A DNA stretch of 64,000 bases, taken from the NCBI GenBank assembly GCA_964035545.1, contig OZ037768.1, positions 20,257,700 through 20,321,699 on the forward strand, read 5' to 3'. Of this stretch, positions 1 to 38,753 are shown in pieces. This DNA is from Bugula neritina. Its lineage: Eukaryota; Animalia; Bryozoa. The first letter of the stretch is position 1; each line of letters begins with the position of its first letter. A program made the position numbers and the translations under genes. The notes under the pieces are model-generated. The model had not been told where the DNA came from, ran no database searches, and saw nothing but the letters and a program-made list of their open reading frames with translations.

Positions 1-249
1 AGAGGTCAACAACCTTAATAACACAGCACCATGGCTTCTTAACATAATTTAATTGCTTTATTATTGACACATCATTTATCTAAATATTGACATTTTTGCT
101 TTCGAAAACTATTTCTACAATCAGCACATTTCACTTTTCCTCTAAAAGCATTTGTAAACAGTTTTTTATGAATGAAAATGTATTTCATGCTGAGGGAAGT
201 AATACATCTATTAGAACAGTGGTTCCCTACCTTTTTCATACCAATCCCC

Positions 250-3013
250 TTTCATTAACGTTTACTATTAATTTCTCCCTTTTTAATGACCTATGTTGGG
301 TGCGCTGGAACACTAACAGCTGAAAGTGATTTGGTAGAAGTAGTTAATTCTACTTTTGGTGATTTCTCCAAAATGCCAAATAGAAAAAGTTTCTCCATAA
401 TGTACAAGGTCTGAGAATATTGGTGGGACAACTGTTAAAGCCAGTCTTGATGAAAGTGTAATCACTAGCATGAAGAAGCTTGAAAAGATGTTGATTAAGA
501 TTGCAGAGAGCTCAAGAACAGCAAAACTGTGGGCCATGTGCTTTATTGGACCAATTTTTACCATCAACACCCACATCATAGCTGTTAGAGAATGAGATTG
601 GGCCTTACACCTAGCAATGGAAGAGGAAATGCACTATCTGCATAGCGTGAAGGTCATGCCACAAGATGTAAGGATTGAATTTGCCGCTGGTAACTACACA
701 ATGCATCATAAACGCGGCCAGCTCGACGGCATCTGGTCGAACATGACCATTGAGGTGACCTTCGTAAGATTTGGTCACAGCACGGGGAATCATTGGCATC
801 ACCACTAAATCCGAAACTCTCAAGGTGTGGGTGTACAGCACTTCTGCATGCAACAAGATACAGTATGGCCGCAGTGACATCAGGGATAAGTCTGAAATAA
901 ATGCTTTTACTGCTCATAAGGATGAGATGCAATCAAGAATCCAATCTGATTCAAAGGACAAGGAGTCTGTCAAACGGAAGATTGAACTCTACAATGACCT
1001 ACTCAAAGAATGATGCCACCCAGTTGCTCTTGTCAATATTGAAGCAGATAAGTGCAACTGAGATGAGGATGCTTCGAAACATTACAATATGAATTGGGAA
1101 GACCATGTAACAAATGATAATATAAATGAGGAGGCCAAAATAGAAGCTATCGCAATAGACATGAGAAGGAGACCTCTTCAATGGTATGGACATGTGCGCA
1201 GAAGAGATACGGAGGAAGATATTATAATGGTGGCTGAGATGAAGATACAGAGAAAGAGAGGGGGGGGCAAAAAAGGTTAATGGATACAGTGAAGGATGGC
1301 ATACTGAAATGTGGCTTCTCAGATAAAGATGTTGACAATAGACTCAGATGACACTCTCTGATAGCACTTGGTGCCCTGCAAAACCGCTACTCATCCTGGA
1401 CCACAGCGTATACTGGGTGAGAAAGTTTGAGACAAAGCCCTATAATGAACAATTTGCTGTCTTCCCATGGCCTCTCAGGGGCAACAATGTAAAATATTGG
1501 AAAGGGAGTCATACTAAATGTCTTGGTAGAAGGAAAGTGTGATTTGGTGACACTAGTGCTTTTTTTCAGGATGACTATTCATACAAGCTACCAAGTTTAT
1601 GCTATGTTGCTACAATTATGCAAAGTGCTCCTCCATGACATCTACAAGACAAAAGGCTTGGGAAACCAAGGTCAGCAATGCTATTTGCGATGTGCCTTCA
1701 ACTTATGTACTTTGTCTCCTACAGATGAAGCTATTGGACAATGTCACCAGAGCACACCTCCAGGTAGCCATATGAAACTGCGGCATTAAACCCACTAGAA
1801 CATTGGTAGGTGATAGGGAATCTAATAGAATCTCTTTTCCCAAAAGGAGTAGGAAATGATGTTGTGCTTACACCAGACAGTATTATGAAGTAGATCATGT
1901 TAGTTAATTTGGTGTACACTCGAAGACTCTAGCTTTTGGCGATTTTTTACGATTTAGCTGCTATTGTATATAGATTTTTGCCTCAAAATATCAAAATTTT
2001 AACAAATAAAACTGAATAATTCCCAGTTATGCATTATTTTCTATGTCTATTCCTAATTTATTATTACATTGGGATATTATATAGGCCGTGATGATCCACA
2101 AATGTATATTTAGCTCGTATGACAATGACGCCGCGCTTAAATGTTGCAGGACCTCTTCCCAGTCATTTTTGTTATGCATAGATAGAATCAGCAAATACTA
2201 TTACCCTATATAGTAAGTTTTTATGAATTTTGAGTAAACTTTAAAATGTTTGATCATAATCTGCTGATGTGTACTAAATAAAGTAAAATGGCCCAAATTC
2301 ATTAAATGCTCTTGTGGAAGCCAACAATCATGCAAAACAACACAATATGGCTATTCTAGTACATCTATTCTATGCACAGAGTTCTGTCCTTGTAAAGCAG
2401 TAACAGAAGTGTGCTGCAATGAACTAACATTTCTAACAAATGCTGATGATAGAAAAAAATGAAAAAGGTGTTTAATATGATCATGAGTGAAAGTTTGTCG
2501 CATTTGTACAATTATATATATGTTCAATTTTAACTTCAGCTGAGCAATATGCTGCATCTGTATCTTTTTTTCACTTTCTATTCACTGGCAATAAGCAATG
2601 TTTTTTTTTTTTTATATCTGTCCAGTGTCCAAACAGTTATTCAAAAACCTTGTATCATTTCTCTGCACCATATGTGATGTTTTATTGAAGCAATTCCGAT
2701 TTTTGAGCTGAGAAACATGTCTCTTGGCTTTTTACTTTGATTTCTTTTTACTGGCATGGCACATATTCATTCTAAAAATGCGCATCTATTTTATTCATCA
2801 AAAAATTTTGTTTTTGCAACATAATACAGACTTTATGCCGACTAGATTACGATTTTTTCATAATTGGCGGCCATCTTGGATTTCTCGAAATGCTCAAGGG
2901 TGACAGGTTCACACCCACCTGGAAACATCTACCTGGACCCTCAAGATAAATAATCAAAAGAGAAAAAAACTTTATCCGAGATTGCGAACCTAACCCCCAG
3001 TTCTGCCAGACTA
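250..3013 (+). mobile_element. Degenerate DNA transposon relic, probably Academ (AcademX)-like, in a NALCN intron
   Basis: Frameshifted and stop-interrupted fragments (RTAKLWAMCFIGP, DWALHLAMEEEM, FAAGNYTMHHKRGQLDGIWSNMTIEVTFVRFGH, GIIGITTKSETLKVWVYS) resemble the large transposase of metazoan Academ-type elements. A GC-richer terminal block ends in ...ttctgccagaCTA at 3013. The family call is from memory, and the left end is not located. Confidence 0.45.
1038..1437 (+). mobile_element. 5'-truncated RTE-clade non-LTR retrotransposon (LINE) fragment nested in the transposon relic
   Basis: Frameshifted peptide ATEMRMLRNITI / WEDHVTNDNINEEAKIEAIAIDMRRRPLQWYGHVRRR..KIQRKRG matches the C-terminal EMRMLR..RLxWYGHVxR motif of RTE-type reverse transcriptases. 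Confidence 0.7.
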
Positions 3014-3299
3014 AAAACTATAAATACTTTGCTAAGCTATGATATTGGATTGTACAATATTTTCTGGCTATATTTATAACTGAGTGGGAGTGTGTGTATG
3101 TGTGCACAACTCTAAGTTCCGGCTGGCTATTTGTGAGCACATCTACCCGTGGTAGTCACAGGCATTATTTGTTGAACTATTAAGATTTTGGAGGGTATCT
3201 CCAGTCTCTGCTGCTTCATATGTTGCAGATTGAAGTATAGTATAGTATTGTGCGGTATTATTATTGTATGGTATAATATTTGTGGCTGTGGTGTTGTAG

Positions 3300-27570
<24,271 letters not shown>

Positions 27571-30500
27571 CAGTTCTGCTAGATATAAGGAATGCCTATT
27601 AGCTTCTAGTTTTGTCCGATAAATTTTTAAAACAAAAAGTTACTTTTACAGATGTAGTATTTAAATGCCTGTGTTTTATAGAGGTTATTGCTTTGAAAAC
27701 ACGTTGAACTATCTCCAGTCTGTTACTGTATTATTTTAATGAGCTTTATACTCGTACTTTTCTCAAAATACTTCCATAGTTTTTCGTATTTTCTCTAATC
27801 TATCAATGTATCTTCTCATCAACCTTTAATTTTTACCATATATCTGTTGGTTCTGTTATTCTATATACATTGAGCAATGTTCTAGTATTGGTGTGTTTAT
27901 TTTACTGATATTGATCGTCTTACTGTGATTATTAGCTTGGTCTGATTTTGTATATGTTCTGTTCATTTTCCTGCAGCTTTCTGGTGATACGAGTACTTGC
28001 AGTGTTTGGTGACTTGCTATATATCGTTCACTCACACATCTCTAACATTAGGTTTTGTAGTATTTATTGCTGTAGTAGTTAGACTATTTTATACATGTTC
28101 TAGTCAGCTATATCGCCCATATCATGGTAAATGGCTCCAAATATTTATTTATATTGAAAGTTATATTTTGATCATTTAGATTATATTTATAGAACTCGAC
28201 TAGGCATGACAGGGTCGAATAATTCAATGTTTTTTGCTCTCTGAACAAATTTTATTTTATGCTATTTTTCTTTAATGTTATTACTAGCCTTGTGTTTCCA
28301 CAGTAATGTAGTGATCATGTTGATACAACACTATAGGTGTAGGCAATTATAAATTACCTTTGTAGTTTGTAAGATGTTTTGTTGATACAAATAAATGATA
28401 ATATAGTTCATGTAATCATAGGATTTATATATTTTAAGAAGTTCTGTAAAAAAAATTTTTGATCAACTACACTTATGTTGATTATTTTGAACATAGTCTT
28501 AAATTTGCTGACTTCCTTTTGATTAAAGGCTTCAATAGCGCAGACTCCTGCACAGCTCGAAATGATTACATGTTCAACACTTAACTCTGTCTCTTCGGCA
28601 AAGAGTAACCAAGTTTACTAGCAAACCCAAAGACTCTACAAATTTGAGGTTTTATCTCTGCTGCTGCTGTTAGTATATTGTTTCCTTCCCCAAAAGTACT
28701 TACTCCATGCAGCTTTGACTCGAATGGTGCCATAACAGAAATTTAGCTGTTTTATTGGTTTGAACTAAACTCTTCGGGCCTGCTTGCTACCAATTTTACC
28801 TCTAATAATTTAGCTCAGTCTCTTATTGGTAAATTTATAACGATTTAATTATTTATTAAGCAATTCAAACAATTGCATAGTACTGTAACTTGTAAGTATT
28901 TAGTTGCATATGCACAGACAAGGAATAAAGGTTTTTAATTTTTAAGACTCAAGTCTTTGATATATAATTATATATGGATAATATGTAATGTCTGTAACTA
29001 TTGACATATCGGAATCCATGATAATACTTTAACCATTGCTTATTTCCTACTAGCTACTAACTGGTCTGCTCGCAAAGTGGTGCACACAACTCCTCTGCTC
29101 TGTATTATCTTGGTAACTAAACAGAGTATCGCAAGAGGTTTACGGGCGTCATCGGTTCAAGCTTCAGAACAAAGTTTAGATTCGTGTCTCCTTTTCCAAC
29201 TGTCTATTGGACAAAAATTATTCGCATGCCGCGGACTACCGAATTTAAATTTCCATCCAAGTTATTTGAATGAAGATGTGAACAGTAACCATATTTAACA
29301 ATAATTGCATTTATCCAATATGAATACCAAATAGTGATATCGTTATTTGCAATTTTACCGTAACTATTTATTCATTGTTTTATGCTTATACTTTAATATA
29401 ATAAATTTAATTACTTATAGTTATCTATTTTATATTTAGTGATAGTGATACTCATACTGATATTGATAATGATAGTAATACTTATACTTATTAGTTATTA
29501 CTTGTTAGATAATTGTAATAATGATAATCCTTGTGATTCAAATTGAAATCATCATATTTTTATTAACTATTAAGTTTAACAGTAACACAATTCACAGTAA
29601 CACTATCTGTAAGTGTAAATAGTAAGTACTAAGTAGTACTAGTACTAGTAGTAGTAGTAGTAGTTACTCAAACTGTAAGACTAAGTGTAAGTCAAAGTCA
29701 AAAGTGTTACTGTTACACTTTGAAAGTGTAACATTAACAGTTATTATTTTGACCCTTATATTTATAATAATAACCTAACTATTATATCATAATAATAATG
29801 GTTTTAATTAGATATTGCCTACTCACAATCAGTGACGATAATCAATAATGACTAATATTTTAATAAATATAATGTTGTTTTTAATGAACAATGCGTAATT
29901 ATAAATGCAAAGTATATCACATAACTATTACATTTTTCTTATTTCTTTATAAAACTGACCACTGAATTGGATTTTTCAAAATTCTCTTTCTTTAAACTCT
30001 CATATTTTAACTTTGACAACAATTGTATTAAAATATTCACAAATGTTTATCAATCTCTATTCTATTCACATAGTTGTTGAGATATGTTATTATGCATTTA
30101 GATTTTTCAGCTGAGCTTAGCAAATATTTCTTTTTTATGTCACAGTCAATTTTGTTATTTTACTGGCTTATTTGGCTTTTATTAAACTTAAAATCTGTAT
30201 GGGACCTAATTGATTTTGTCAATAGTTTTAATATTGTAGTAATTCGTGCAATTACTGTGCGTGAGTTTTCTACTTGCGTATTTAGTTGGCTATTCTACTA
30301 GCAATTACTAGGGTAGCTGTCGAGTAATTACGTTTATTATCCACAATACAATACAAAACAAACATTACATCAAATTACGCTATAACATCAGTCAACTACT
30401 AACACGTGCTTCTACTTCAAGCCCTCGCTCACAACAACGCGATCAATGTCAATTGCCCGGGAACTGTCACATGAGTCGGAAGCATATCTTCTGGTGCTGC

Positions 30501-30846
30501 TGATTGGTTACTTCTTAGGGGCCTTAGTATTCCCAGAACAGAGAGAGGACGATTATCATATTAATACATTGCATGACACTACAATATTCACTACTTTTTG
30601 ATTTGACTAAATAGAATTTATTCAGACATTAGTGGCTAAGTAACTCTAAATCAACAGAACTACTAAAAAAAATTTCTAAATACTAGAAAGCGAATACTAA
30701 AGCAATCATTTGGTTGCATAACATTTGTAGTTGAGCTGGCATATTGAATAAAGGTTTTGCAGCTGCAAAGTGTATTTGCTACTCGTGGTGATGTTGTACA
30801 GATTCAATTTCATTGTTTCGTTCTAATTATCAGTCTACCATCACTG

Positions 30847-33800
30847 ATGGCTTCTAATGATGGCAACCAACTCAGAAATTCGATATTTCAAGACTTGACG
30901 TCAAAAGTGAAACATCTTGACACTTTGTGCTCCACGCTTAAGAAAATGCAGAAAGGGGAAATTCAGCTTGAACCATCCATTACACTGAATAGGATTTTAG
31001 AAGAAGTTAAAGTTGCTGAGGTATTTTATACATTCATTAGTTGTAAAGGAATAGGATTTAAAATCCACTCAAAATAGGGCTGTGGTTGTAATATCCTTAC
31101 TGTGTTTAATTCATCAAAACTCATTTTTATCAAAATGAGTTTTGATAAATTCATAAATGAAAAACCTTTTAGGAATTCAATACATTATAATGACTCGTTT
31201 CTGTTGACTTCAAGATACAGTTGAGAATCCTAAGCTAGTTAAAAGACTAATTAGTAAATTTATGTGCACTTCTAGTATTTTTTGCACAAAGTCAAAATAT
31301 AATCTGTATCAAAATATTCAAATGTTGCATAATAGTTGATAAAAAAGCTAGTTGCTAGAACACCAGCAGGATATATGAAATATATTTTCGAAGTTTCATC
31401 TAGTTTGTGAAAAGGCACTCTTGACTTGAATTATAAAAAACAGCTATATAAATAAATAGAATAGTTGTAAAAAGTTTATGCTAATGATAAATAAAATATA
31501 TGTTTTAAATAATTACGTTGAATATAACAAGGCCTACCATCGACATATTTGTAAAGAGAAGTTATAATGAAATTATTTTTACACAATTTCTAAATAAAAT
31601 CTCCTTTTGATTGAATTAATAGAAAGACATGAGCACATACCTTCACGGACTCAAAGAGCAAAACGAAAATATGGAGAAGACGATAGGAATGGTTAAAACT
31701 GTTACTGTAGCAAGAAGGGAACAGTTGGATAAAGTTGCTTCTGTAATGAAAGACTACACCTGGTAACTCCCTCTCAATCATTTTTATCAAATAGGATAGA
31801 CTCTTTTAACAGCAGTTTAGGGTTGTGTTCTCTCTACAGTAAACTAGTCTAACTATTGCTCTTAGATTGTGTAGACTCTAGAGTATGTTTAAGTAGTCAG
31901 AAATAAGGAAGCTCTGTAAAATCCAACAGAATTTTCTGCTTTATCTCTACAATGGGAAATTTCGTGGTTAAATTTCTCATACCATCTGCTTCAATTTCAC
32001 GCATTAGTTTGACGTTTTGCTGAAAATTACCCAAAGTTATGCTCTATGCTAAGCGGAAGTATTCCTTGTTTGTCATAATATTTCGAAGAATTAAGAATGG
32101 TTTTTATTTTTCAAAAGCACACTCTCTTGATTGCTATGATATGTACTCATGTTACATCCGATACTTTTCAGGCTCTAAACTGTGTAATAAATTCACTTAG
32201 CTTTATTTTTGCTAACTCGGTTTGCTAAAGCATGCATATTTTGCTTGATATTTGTTGGCTTATCTAAATTTGAGAGATTTGGTAATACCGTGGGGGGGGG
32301 GGGTAGACTTAGAGCAAAGAGCTTAGATATCCTTGTTGTGTTCTCGCAGTAGTCAGGAAAATGTGGATGCGCCGGAGACATTAGCTAACTTAAAGGGGCT
32401 CAGTTTAGCATCAGCACCTGTTACTGAGAGTGCATCTAGCAGTGCAGTAGGGGAAGGGTCTCAAGACAGCCTTTCAAAACAAGGTACTTGTCCTCGTTGT
32501 TGCTATTTCTCGCAGTTTCCTTTATTAAACTGGGTACTAATTTGTTTACTGCAATGTTATTAAGTAAAGCTCATAACTTGACAGCATAATGTGTGTACTA
32601 AACCTTTAGTTGTGTTTCCATGGTTACATTGCATACATCTCTCTCTGCAGTGTCTGCACCCCCAACCACCACTGAGGTAGTGCATAATCAACCTGGAACT
32701 CCTAGTCATACCCCGTCACACAGTGTCCCAGTCACTCCCACAGGGTTCGTATAATGTTACTCACTGCTTACGAGACTCTCGCTTATTCTAAGGTCTGCTG
32801 TTTCTCGTTAGGTTATAAGTTAGCTTTGTGTTTCACTGATTGAATTTCTGGTGTCCACTCAAAAATTTTGAACCCCAAAGCCACTCCAAGATAAATCTAT
32901 GTCAATAGTTACAACTAGCAGCTCATGTGGCCCACTAACTTCATACTTGGGGATATAATTGTTTTTTCCAGTTATTTGACTTCAAATATAATTTTCTCCT
33001 TCACGGTGATGTGAATAAGGTGAGGAGATTATTTAGAAAGAATCAGTATTTATATCAAACACCTTAACAACACAAACAACAGCATCGCCTTTCTATTGAT
33101 GCTGTTCAAAATTACTAAGTGTGTTACTGTGTAACCAAATGTGTTACTGTGTAACCAAATGTGTTACTACATGACCAAGTATAATTGAGTGTAGCAAAGG
33201 GGTTTATATGGTGTGATGAGTTGATTTTGTCATGAATTATAGGTAATATGAATAATAAAGTAAACTGTATACTGAAGTAATTTACAGTAAAATTAGTTCA
33301 ACATCAAGAGTGAGATCCTAGTTTTATTCTAGGACAGAGAGTCGAGTCACTGTGAATATAAGAACCCCCAAGCTGACAGACTATCTCCCTCTAGAATCTA
33401 TGTATTCAATGCTTGATAAAGATAATCTCATTACAAAGGCTTCCAAGCGATCCAGTCAAAAGAAACCTCAGCCACAAACACCCAAAAGGTAGGCATATTT
33501 CGTGTAAATCTCTTGTTACTGTGATGCAACTGCGTTCAGATTTTAGTACAAAGTTTCTCAACATAATTTCCCAGTTATTGTTGCGTGATAAGTTTTCCCC
33601 ATTCCGAGTGTTTATATGCATTAAAATATTATGTCATCTTTTCGAGTATGTTTTTTCGTTCATCATGAAAACAATAAATTAAACTCTAAAAAGATGTCCG
33701 AATGTGCCAAATTGCGAAAGTTTATGTATTTCTGTTTATTTTAACAATCCCCCAACTTTATGGATAACAAAATGGTGGTTATCTGCAATATGAAAGTTGG

Positions 33801-36123
33801 TACTATCAAACAGCCACTTAGACTTTGGTATTTGTTCAGATGTATCATTAGGTAGGACTCACTGTCTATGAGATCATACTGACTAGACTGAGAGCTATGA
33901 CCTTGGTTAGTTGTACTATGTACCATTTTGATTATTTTTGTTTTTTGTTTGTAGTGTGAGTAAGCAGGTTAGAAAATCGATATTTCCAACTTCGTCTCAA
34001 GGTTGGTACAAGCTCATTTACACTTTAAACTGCAGTGTGTAACATAACATAGTATTAGATACTCGGTTACTGTCTCCATACACTCTTGTGTGGTGTAGTA
34101 TAGCATACAACTTGCTAGACAGTATAGACTAGAGTGTGCAGCTCCTATATGAACAGTTGTCTGTGTACACTGATTAATATATGGCTTCATTGGTGTGTAT
34201 GTTTGAAAATATCTTGGACAGAGTTATAGAGTTGTATGCTCCTGTAGATAAGCGTTCTATTTTGTTTTGTGAACCCATTTGTTCAACTGAGTCTTAATTT
34301 GGTTCACCCACCGATGGCGTTGAGGTTTGGTGCAGTAAATGTTACGGAACTACTTTTTGCTTTTTCATTTGGCTGCATACATGGCATGGGCTTCAAATCA
34401 CCCTAGTTATTAATCTGTGTATTGCTGCAGCTAAGAATAGTATGTAATAGCACTTGTCCTTTATTGTTACACAGTGTCGTGAACTGAGCTATTGAATCAA
34501 TTAAACGCATAAAACTCAGTCTGCATGAGCATACAATTCTTAATATCTGTATTCAGTTTTAGTCAAAATTTATTTACATGCTTGGATACCGCAGACCTGT
34601 AGCTGATTTAACAGATGTCTTTCATTTTTACTATTGAAAAATTTCATGATTGCTAATAACATGTATTCAGCCAAATAGTAATATACAGTATTCATAAAGA
34701 ATTTAATAATTTTATACTTATAATATTAATAATTATAATGTTATAATATCAATAGTTATAATTATAATAATAGTGTATTAGTCATAGTGTACTTTTATCT
34801 GGGTGTGATGTCCGCATGTGTGTGAGGTCACGTGTTTGTGATGTCACATGTATTTTCATGAAAATTTATGTTTCTTTATTTGCCGTCATTAAATTATTTC
34901 GAGTGAAAATTCAAATTGCGTTTTATTCAACTATTTAAACTCCAACTGGTCTTCCAGTTGAACTCAACACTAATCTAGTTCTCGCACTGTGTGAGGTCCA
35001 TTTGACTACTTTTTATACGTTTATTATAAGCAGAAGGTGAGAAGACGATTTCTACTCCGACTTTACCAAAGATACAGCCGTTGAAACCTTCCGAGTACAG
35101 AATGAATAGGCCAGACTACTCAGACAGGTTCTATTTTTTTGCTTTTTAATCAACAACTCTATTTCCTGTGTAGCTCGATTCAGTGAAGTGCTTTTCTTGT
35201 ATCTAATTCCAGTTTCCTGCAAGAATATTGTATTATGTTGCTGTAGTTATGAGTTGTCCACCCATGTACATCATTTCTTGGTTTTACAGAATCGCGAGGA
35301 TTTCTGCTGATGACTACCACCACCACGTGGAGGATAAAATCCACAAGCTGATCAGCCTTGACCTTATCAATCAAATCGTCTACCGAGTAGACTTGTTGTT
35401 CAAGCTAAATCCAGGTGTTGCGCGTAAGTTGCCTTTTCTAACAATACAGGATGCTAGCTCACACTTTCCCTTTAGCTTTTAATTTACTTTAATTCTATAT
35501 TTTTTCACCTGTAGTACTTATATCTATAGTACTCCTAGTGTTTACATAAAAAACTCACGCAAGTTTATAGTCACTATTCCTGTGAGAAACCCCTGATGAA
35601 AAGGTTTTTAAATCGAGCTAAAGACTTACTCAGATGAGGCACAGGAGCAATTATGACTGGATACTCTTCCTATCATCACCAATGGCCTTTACTGGGGATT
35701 GAACCCATGACTCCGTATTCACTGAGCCAATATTCTAAACCCTAGACCACGTATGCCTTCTGTATACTTAGTATTTCTTAAGTATATACTTAAGTATTAT
35801 ATTTATGCCTGCAGTATACCTAGTATTCACCTATAATTGTCTCTTGGTTATCTGCTGGAAGTTGTCCATATCTATCATATATGCAGTATCTAACATCCAA
35901 GGTATAACATATATTTTCTATCAAACTGTTGGATCTCTTGCTTGTTCATCAACTGTGTCTTCTATTCCTGGTTCCAGTAGATAAAGCTGACTTGCTGGAG
36001 CTGATAACTCCTGTGGCTGGCATCAAGTCACAGCTCTGTCTATCGATATTGACCAAGTTGAAGCGACTCAAGTCAGCACCCGATGGCCAACTTTTACCTG
36101 TTTACGGCAGCATTAATATATAA
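30847..36123 (+). CDS. SKA3: SKA3-like spindle and kinetochore-associated protein
   Basis: Exons 30847-31020, 31623-31762, 32350-32483, 32651-32744, 33333-33488, 33955-34001, 35034-35127, 35290-35423, 35978-36123 are phase-consistent. The N-terminal helical region (LDTLCSTLKKMQKGE..LNRILEEVKVAEKDMSTYLHGLKEQNENMEKTIGMVK..VMKDY) aligns by eye with the SKA3 N-terminal bundle. The middle is TP-rich (RTPKLTDY). The C-terminus is a Ska-type domain (ISADDY..ISLDLINQIV..LCLSILTKLKRL). The gene model is solid; the identity is less certain. Confidence 0.65.
35548..35750 (-). mobile_element. tRNA-derived SINE copy
   Basis: Homologous to 24935-25150 (aaactcacgcaagtttatagtcact...gaacccatgact...cctagaccac). 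Confidence 0.88.
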
Positions 36124-38753
36124 TTGTGTTTATTGTATATGGAAACGCAGCATTTTGGTTTATTTCACTGACAATAATTTGTATGACATGATTGTTGTTA
36201 AGCTCAATAGATTGTTATGATTTTTCTTCACTTTGTACCTTTTGCATGCAATTGAAAATTATATGTTATAGGTTTGCAATAGTTTATCTCCAAGTTGTAT
36301 AGTGTTTAATGGTAAATATTGTCTTTATTGTTTAGGAATAAGATTTTAACACTTGTTTCTTTTTTTCAAATTTATAGTTTATTTTTCAAATACAAAAAGT
36401 CAATAAACTTGAAGTTTTTTTTTCAGAAAAGCTGCATTTATTTACATGTTTATTTACGATTTAGGTCATCGCAATAAATACTAAACTAATTATATAATTG
36501 ACCCACCATACTACTTAAAATGTAATTAGATTGAATTTTTGCTAATCATGTTCAATGAATAACAACTCTATAGCATTCTGAGGTAAATTGAAAGACATGT
36601 ATGTTGTGATAAAAGGAAACTGATACAGGTATGATTTATAAATATAAAAAAATGGGTGGTGTAAATAAAGAAGACAGTGGCTGGCCATCATGCTAACCAA
36701 GTAATTTGATCTTGTTTGAATGTCTATTTGAGAGTGCATGGATCAAAATTAATCGCTGCACTTGATTATTACAAAATTTTCACTTGGCAATGATGCAGTA
36801 AATTATGGAAACATAATATATAATGGAAGTGTGCAAGATGATTTATGAAAGTTTTGACTGCAATGACATGACCCTTTTTATTATACTATTTAAGTCAATG
36901 ACTTTGCTGATAATATAATTAGGTTGCATAATTTGCACACGTTTATCTTCTTTTCTTTCTTTAATACCACCAGAGTTGGTTAGCCACAAAGGTTTTCAAG
37001 TTCGTCAAGTTGGAGCCAAAAAGCAACCGACCTCAGGGCATACAAGGAAAAGTAACTCCCTACAACAAGGAAACGGCGGATAAGCTTTATAAAAGTCCTA
37101 GCCGGAAAAGCTATAATATAGTTGTAGTTATTATACCAAATAGCACTAGCACTTAGGCTACATTTCTCAGAATAATAATATTCTCAATCTTAATCTTACC
37201 ATTGTGACTGTGCGTGTGTGATAAAATTGGGCTTTAACTAGAAACTGTGTTGACCACTGAATTAAAACTTTCAAAAATTAAGCTAAATTAAACCTCCAAA
37301 GATATATTTCAATGGTTTTGACTCATTTCAACCAAGTCTAAAGGTTTGATCTCACAGTTACTGTTAGTAAGGTTATCAAATTATATTTGTATTTCTACTT
37401 CTACTGAGTTCTAGCAGTTGAACTTAAATTAGTTCTACTACTAGTACTAGTACTAGTAGTCTAGTACTAACACTAGTACTAGTAGTACAACTACTAGTGG
37501 TAGTCTAGTACTAGCACTAGTAATAGTACTACTACTAGTAGTCCTACTGCCACTGCTACACCTGTTCAGTGTATAGGGCTAAACTATACAGTCAGGCGCC
37601 GGTATACACTGTATACAGTATAGGGCTAAACTATTGCTATTACTATTAGTATTAGTTTTTGTAATTTATTAATAATTTAATTTGATCATTAGCTGTAATA
37701 GTTTCGTTCGTGACTATGTTACCATTACAATTAATATGAGTATCAGTATCACTATCACTACTAGTACTGACTATGAGTATGAATCTATGACTAATAGTAA
37801 TACTAATAGTAATAGCAATAGCAATACTAATAGTAATGCTACTACTACTACTACCACTACTACTACTACTAATATTATCATTATGAAGTTAAAATGTTAC
37901 AGTTACTTTGACTGCTACACTCACGTTGATCATGAGAGTCAAAGTAAGTGTAGATTTTAAGCTTGAATGTCCAATTAGTATTACCTTAGACATTCAAGGT
38001 GATAGTGATGTGTGGGAGTTGTAACGAGAGTAAGATGTAACATTTAAGTTAGTTTATTGAAGCCACATGTTCTTTTATTGATTTTAGTTTTGTTTTAAAA
38101 GTCAGCAGCATCAATTTATAAAATTAGTTGGCTTAATTTGAATAAGATATAATAGCATAACCTTCAACCATTTACGCCTTAGGCTATGGTATTGTATTTT
38201 TGTGTTTACTCAGCACATCAATGAATTAATGACTGCAGCAAATACATAAAATCTATAAAATAAAAAAGTTTCTGGTTTATTTCTGGTGCTTGGTTTTAAT
38301 ATTTCTAATACATAATGATCACTTACTTTTTTTAACTCACATATAATTACAATAAATTAAATAAAGATAAAATCTAACATAAATACCATAAAACTATATG
38401 TAACAGATATTCTTAACTAATCTTTAATTAAGACTAAAGTAATAAAGAATCAACTGGCAGCTTTGACTTGTACATTGAGAATTGCAGACATAAAATAGAT
38501 TTTTACTCATCTGAAGAAAGTTGCCAAGCTCTAAAAAGGATATATTATTTCACCAGACTTTGCGATTTAAAGTTTTGGGGGTTTTATTCATATTCTAATT
38601 GTTTTGTGCTAAATTTATCTGTTAAATAGGTTATACTAATTTGATAAAACGTCATGCGCAGAGACTAATAAGGGTTGGAAACTTTTAAATCTAAAGCGAT
38701 AACTGTTGGTGGCTGCAGCTTTAGTTTGCTTGTAGAAACTCCTTTCCCTAGTC

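Noticed and set aside
29300-38500. AT-rich intergenic blocks sharing tgaccactgaatt (near 29966 and 37252) and actagt runs
   Set aside because: Too short and low-complexity to define an element by eye.
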